Positions 60,303 to 64,000 of a DNA stretch of 64,000 nucleotides are shown here, one piece after another. A model generated the notes under the pieces. The model was not told where the DNA came from. It did no database searches and was given only the letters and a program-made list of their open reading frames with translations. This DNA comes from a virus (taxonomy: Duplodnaviria; Caudoviricetes): IMG/VR virus record IMGVR_UViG_3300031555_010338. One strand, 5' to 3'. Position numbers and translations under genes: made by a program. Within the stretch, counting starts at the first letter, position 1. Each line of letters starts with the position of its first letter.

Positions 60303-61889
60303 ATGAAACTGAGACTTACTAAGGCCGGTCGTGCCGTCCTGTTCATTGCCATTATCGTTGTGTTGGGTGTGGGTGGCTTCTTTGGCTATCAGCATTTCGC
60401 CGGTGACGGCGCAAGCCTGATCGACCAGTTCCAGAGCGATAAGCTTCCCAGCAACGATACAAATGCTGGTGTTACCGACACCGCAAAGCCCAATAATAAC
60501 ACCGCTCAGAATATCGACACCAATGACACCACCATCAATCTGTCTCTGGACGAGTGGATTGGTTGGAAGCCCATTATTGATGCCAATCAGGGCTTGACTA
60601 CCCAGCCTGGTTCTATCTTTGATAAGCTTGGTCTGAAGGTCAATATCAATATTATCAACGATGCAGATGCTTCCAGCAATGCTCTGATTAAGGGTGATCT
60701 GAATGCAGCCGGCTATACGCTTAACCGTACCGCATTCCTTTCTGGTAAGTTCAGTGATGCCGGCCTGGATGTTGTGATGCCCGTGTTCACCAATTACTCT
60801 GATGGCGGCGATGGCATTATCGCTCTGAGCAAGTACAACACCATTGAGAGCCTTGTTGATGCCAAGATCGGTGTACCCAAGTTCAGTGAGGCACAGTCCC
60901 TTGTTATCTGGTTTGTGAATAAGTCCGATCTGCCCGATGCAGATAAGCAGAAGATTATCGACAATCTGATCCTGCTGGACGATGCTGAGCAGACCGGCCA
61001 GGCATTCTTCGCAGGCAGTCTGGACGTTGCTGCAACTTGGCAGCCCTACTTGTCCAACGCAGAGAATAGCACCAATTCCCACATTCTGTTCGATACCACT
61101 TCCTCTAACAAGCTGATTATGGACGGCATTTTGTTCCGCTCCGATTTTGCACAGGCACATCCCGACATGATTTCCGCCTTTATCGATGGCATTTTCCAGG
61201 CCGAGGATATGTACGAAACCGAGTTTAAGTATATCCGTAAGGTAATGCCTATGTTCGCTGACTCTTCTGATGAAGACATTCTGAGCATGTGCGGTGACGC
61301 TGGCCTGATGGGTTATACCGAGAATGTAAACGCTCTGGAAAACGACTGCCCCACCGTGTATGCAGACATGTGTGCAATCTGGGAGAGCATTGGCGAGACT
61401 GTTGACAGAACTCTTGGTGCAACTCTGTTTGACACCAGCTATGTAAAGACCCTTTCCAATAACTATTCTTCTCTGCCCCAGCAGTCTACCTTTGAGATTA
61501 CCGAAGAGCAGAAGGAAAGTATCAAGGATGTTGCTGCTCTTCTGACCAAGAGCGCCACCATCAACTTTATCCCCGATACTGCGAAGTTCCTGGATAATGC
61601 AGAGGCTGATGCTGTTCTGAGCGAGTTCGTTGAGATGGCTAAGACTCTGGATGGTACTATCATCCAGATCGAGGGCAATATCAACTCCAACAGCAACACC
61701 GAGGGCGGTATGAAGCTGTCCGAGGAACGCGCAAAGACCGTTAAGAACTACTTTGTGGCAAACGGCATTGATCCCAACCGCATTATCGTAGTCGGTAACG
61801 GCAATACAAAGATGGTCGCTGATCCCAATGGCCCCAATGCGGAGCAGAACCGAAGAACCGATATCTTCTTCAAGACGATTGAAAACTAA
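60303..61889 (+). CDS. ABC substrate-binding protein fused to OmpA-like domain
   Basis: NMT1/SsuA-like DEWIGW, SDGGDGI, ATWQPY; C-terminal IQIEGN..LSEERAKTVKNY..NRRTDI. Confidence 0.82.
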   Translation: MKLRLTKAGRAVLFIAIIVVLGVGGFFGYQHFAGDGASLIDQFQSDKLPSNDTNAGVTDTAKPNNNTAQNIDTNDTTINLSLDEWIGWKPIIDANQGLTTQPGSIFDKLGLKVNINIINDADASSNALIKGDLNAAGYTLNRTAFLSGKFSDAGLDVVMPVFTNYSDGGDGIIALSKYNTIESLVDAKIGVPKFSEAQSLVIWFVNKSDLPDADKQKIIDNLILLDDAEQTGQAFFAGSLDVAATWQPYLSNAENSTNSHILFDTTSSNKLIMDGILFRSDFAQAHPDMISAFIDGIFQAEDMYETEFKYIRKVMPMFADSSDEDILSMCGDAGLMGYTENVNALENDCPTVYADMCAIWESIGETVDRTLGATLFDTSYVKTLSNNYSSLPQQSTFEITEEQKESIKDVAALLTKSATINFIPDTAKFLDNAEADAVLSEFVEMAKTLDGTIIQIEGNINSNSNTEGGMKLSEERAKTVKNYFVANGIDPNRIIVVGNGNTKMVADPNGPNAEQNRRTDIFFKTIEN

Positions 61890-61914
61890 CATAGCCTAAA
61901 CAGGCATGGAAGTA

Positions 61915-61975
61915 ACGGCACTTACAGCAACTTTACTACACATAATTTGGGTTTATGATCGTGAAAATGTGCCGT
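61915..61975 (+). ncRNA. ACAGCAA-module RNA P1 with Pro(UGG) anticodon stem-loop mimic
   Basis: ACGGCAC-TTACAGCAA...CATAA-TTTGGGT-TTATG...GTGCCGT. Confidence 0.68.
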
Positions 61976-61996
61976 GTTGGAATACGAAATATAATA

Positions 61997-62053
61997 AAGG
62001 CGCTAACAGCAATGTTACAAAACATGGACTTGAAATCTATTCAAATGCGCCTT
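61997..62053 (+). ncRNA. ACAGCAA-module RNA P2 with Ser(UGA) anticodon stem-loop mimic
   Basis: AAGGCGC-TAACAGCAA...ATGGA-CTTGAAA-TCTAT...GCGCCTT. Confidence 0.68.
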
Positions 62054-62064
62054 GCAAAGAAAAT

Positions 62065-62157
62065 GGAGCAGTAAGCCTAACTGGTAAGATAGTCGCCTGC
62101 TAAGCGACGAGTAGCCGCGTAAGCGGTGTGCAGGTTCGAGTCCTGTCTGCTCCGCCA
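62065..62157 (+). tRNA. tRNA-Ser(GCT)
   Basis: GTCGC-CTGCTAA-GCGAC, long variable arm, GCCA. Confidence 0.88.
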
Positions 62158-62161
62158 TCAA

Positions 62162-62327
62162 GAGCAAGTAGGCAAAGAGAAAGCCTATTCATATCGACGA
62201 GCAATAACTGTAACACCTCCCTTTACTCACCATACATCCCCCTCCCTATCTCCTTTGTTCCCTGCTTCGTCGCATGAATACAAAATAGATTCGTCTATTG
62301 CATAGGAGCGTTGCCTATGCCTTGCTC
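62162..62327 (+). ncRNA. Structured RNA with large CU-rich (anti-SD-like) loop
   Basis: GAGCAAG-TAGGCAA/TTGCCTA-CTTGCTC outer stem; TATTCAT/ATGAATA and CGACGA-GCA/TGC-TCGTCG inner stems. Confidence 0.55.
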
Positions 62328-62340
62328 GATAAAAAAATCT

Positions 62341-62427
62341 GCTGGTGTGGTGGAATTGGCAGACACATCGGACTTAAGTTCCGATGCTCGTAAGGGCGTG
62401 TGGGTTCAAGTCCCACCGCCAGCACCA
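62341..62427 (+). tRNA. tRNA-Leu(TAA)
   Basis: TCGGA-CTTAAGT-TCCGA, long variable arm, CCA. Confidence 0.9.
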
Positions 62428-62432
62428 AACAC

Positions 62433-62546
62433 GGGAGCGTCTGGGCGGCAGCTTTTTACAGTGTATAGGACGGCGGACACTTACAGCAACTTTACAAAAA
62501 GAGTTATGGAAAAACTTAGCTTGCGGTTCGATTCCGCAGCTCCCCA
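62433..62546 (+). ncRNA. Degenerate tRNA-like RNA P3 with ACAGCAA insert (GGA loop)
   Basis: GGGAGC/GCTCCC-CA acceptor, T arm TGCGG-TTCGATT-CCGCA, GACAC-TTACAGCAA, GAGTT-ATGGAAA-AACTT. Confidence 0.55.
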
Positions 62547-62613
62547 AAGCCGTTAATTTTCTTCAAAGTCCGGTTAATTTTATTGGCAGTCGATGATAAG
62601 ACATAATAGACAT

Positions 62614-62732
62614 GCGGAAGTAGCTCAGTCGGTAGAGCAACAGTAAAAAAAATGTGTCGTGTATATGACGCACACAGCAATTTCAAATATGGGAACTGCG
62701 TGTCGGAGGTTCGAGTCCTCCCTTCCGCGCGA
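62614..62732 (+). ncRNA. tRNA-Pro(TGG)-like RNA P4 with 43-nt ACAGCAA insert
   Basis: Acceptor, D and T arms intact; insert TGTGTCG..TGACGCA-CACAGCAA in anticodon loop. Confidence 0.7.
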
Positions 62733-62736
62733 ATAT

Positions 62737-62855
62737 GCCAGGGTAGCTCAGTTGGATAGAGCGCGTAAATAACGCGACTTGTACAAGACGCTAACAGCAA
62801 TTTCTTTTGGTCTGTTAAACCCGTGGTCGTGGGTTCGAGTCCCACCCCTGGCGCA
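62737..62855 (+). ncRNA. tRNA-Asn(GTT)-like RNA P5 with 43-nt ACAGCAA insert
   Basis: Removing 62766-62808 gives perfect CGGGT-CTGTTAA-ACCCG arm. Confidence 0.75.
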
Positions 62856-62860
62856 TTTAT

Positions 62861-62977
62861 ACGGTGGTCGTCAAGTGGTAAGACAGCGGCCATATAAAAT
62901 GTGACCGTAAGGCTCACTAACAGCAAAGTTATGAAGCCAAGCCGCCACCGCAGGTTCGATTCCTGCCCACCGTTCCA
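62861..62977 (+). ncRNA. tRNA-Gly(GCC)-like RNA P6 with 43-nt ACAGCAA insert
   Basis: GCGGC/GCCGC stem, T73, CCA; insert GTGA-CC-GTAA-GG-CTCAC-TAACAGCAA. Confidence 0.72.
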
Positions 62978-63202
62978 CGGGGATAAGCTGACTTCGCCAT
63001 TCAAACAGCCCCTTATTAAACTGGTAGAAATGGCCTCTGGTACAGCAGAAGTAAAGAGGTATAGCCGGCGATGAGTCGTAGTAACCGGCGAGGTTAAGAG
63101 CTGACGCATGGGAACTGTAACTCCCTGGGCATCGTGAAAAGTCATCCACGGCCACACGGATGGTACGATGTACCGCTCCTGCATAGGTGCGCATATGCAA
63201 AT

Positions 63203-63277
63203 CGAGACACTTACAGCAACATTAAAGGTTAAAGTAGTTGGTAGCATTGCCGATGCGAGAAGGTTCAAGTCCTTCAC
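63203..63277 (+). ncRNA. ACAGCAA-module RNA P7 enclosing Gly(GCC) loop and T arm
   Basis: CGAGACAC-TTACAGCAA...GCA-TTGCCGA-TGC..GAAGG-TTCAAGT-CCTTC..GTGTCTCG. Confidence 0.65.
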
Positions 63278-63299
63278 TCGTGTCTCGTAAACCTCCTTT

Positions 63300-63405
63300 A
63301 AGACACCTGCAGCAAATAACAATGGGAGTCGTTTTAATTGGTAAAGACGGCTGGATACCAGTCATGCGGGTTCGAGTCCCGTCTTCTATTAAAATGGCGT
63401 GTCTT
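63300..63405 (+). ncRNA. ACAGCAA-module RNA P8 enclosing an anticodon-less tRNA
   Basis: AAGACAC-CTGCAGCAA...acceptor-like, D arm, GCTGG-ATA-CCAGT, T arm...GTGTCTT. Confidence 0.65.
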
Positions 63406-63462
63406 GGGGAATCGCGTTTCTTTTATTGGAATTAGCAAAACAATTTAAGGAGGAACTAAGAA

Positions 63463-64000
63463 ATGAGCAATTTTATGTCTGCGGTCAAGAACACTCTGAA
63501 CAATGAGTGTAACTACTCCATGACGGAGAATGGTGCGCTGGGCTATCGCACCACCGGCAAGGAGCTGTTGGATCTCAACTTTGCGGTTGCTTCTCTGCGC
63601 CGCGCAACTCCCAGCGAAATCGCAAACCGATTTACAAAGGCTTTCTTTGAGGACAAGATCGTTGCGATGAAGTGGCTGTTCTTCGCCCGTGATGTTCGTG
63701 GTGGCCTGGGTGAGCGCCGCCTGTTCAGAACCATCCTGTCTAATATGGCTCACACAAACCCCGAATACATCGTACCTCTGCTGGAACTCGTTCCTGAGTA
63801 TGGCCGCTACGATGATCTGTGGTGTCTGCTCGATACCGAGCTGCAGAAGGATGTTCTGGATGTGATTTCCAAGCAGCTTACCGAAGACATCCAGAACTTG
63901 AAGGAAGGCAAGGGTATTTCCCTGCTGGCAAAATGGCTTCCTTCTCCCAATGCTTCTTCTAAGACTACCAAGCGGTATGCCAAGAAGATTTACAAGCACA
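63463..64000 (+). CDS. DUF2828-family (TROVE/Ro60-like) protein, partial
   Basis: Manual translation MSNFMSAVK...TENGALGYRTTGKELLDL...LFFARDVRGGLGERRLFR...PEYGRYDDL...SLLAKWLPS; RBS AGGAGG. Confidence 0.8.
   Translation, partial: MSNFMSAVKNTLNNECNYSMTENGALGYRTTGKELLDLNFAVASLRRATPSEIANRFTKAFFEDKIVAMKWLFFARDVRGGLGERRLFRTILSNMAHTNPEYIVPLLELVPEYGRYDDLWCLLDTELQKDVLDVISKQLTEDIQNLKEGKGISLLAKWLPSPNASSKTTKRYAKKIYKH

Noticed and set aside
62614-62977. Group I/II or archaeal BHB introns in tRNAs
   Set aside because: 43 nt is too short for self-splicing introns and I see no clear bulge-helix-bulge.
61915-63405. CRISPR array interpretation of repeated ACAGCAA
   Set aside because: The conserved part is only ~9-13 nt, spacing is irregular, the intervening sequences are tRNA-like, and no cas genes are visible.
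62311-63435. Small ORFs in the terminal ncRNA cluster
   Set aside because: They overlap tRNA-like structures and have no coding signals.
63445-63999. 184-aa minus-strand ORF
   Set aside because: Antisense shadow of the + strand DUF2828 gene, which the track misses because it has no stop in the window.
1-64000. Stop-codon recoding
   Set aside because: Long genes read intact in code 11, end in TAA, TAG and TGA, and no suppressor tRNA was seen.

Overview
64 kb segment of a large, probably temperate, SPbeta-like phage of a Firmicute (likely Clostridia) host. Minus strand, 1-34.5 kb: virion module (tail tube, head-tail proteins, capsid, scaffold, portal, terminase); a dense array of 28 tRNA or tRNA-like genes with tmRNA, folD and a ~635-nt large structured RNA; HU; a phosphoesterase; a YonO-like single-subunit RNA polymerase; a cysteine desulfurase; a four-gene NAD+ module (pncA, prs-like, nadV-like, nadE); a helicase-like gene; and a tyrosine recombinase. 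Plus strand, 35.7-64 kb: many small early genes with a sigma-like factor, a repeated phage promoter motif and two hammerhead ribozymes; a methylase-helicase; an ImmA/ImmR-like switch; an MrpR-like repressor; a PspA-ABC-OmpA operon; and a second ncRNA cluster. The most striking unexplained signal is a 13-copy RNA module, a 7-8 bp helix followed by NNACAGCAA. It either encloses anticodon stem-loop mimics or tRNA fragments, or is inserted as a constant 43-nt hairpin into tRNA anticodon arms. Eight copies lie directly upstream of a DUF2828 (TROVE/Ro60-like) gene, suggesting an undescribed Y-RNA-like tRNA-mimic RNP system. All calls come from reading the sequence by eye; no database searches were run.
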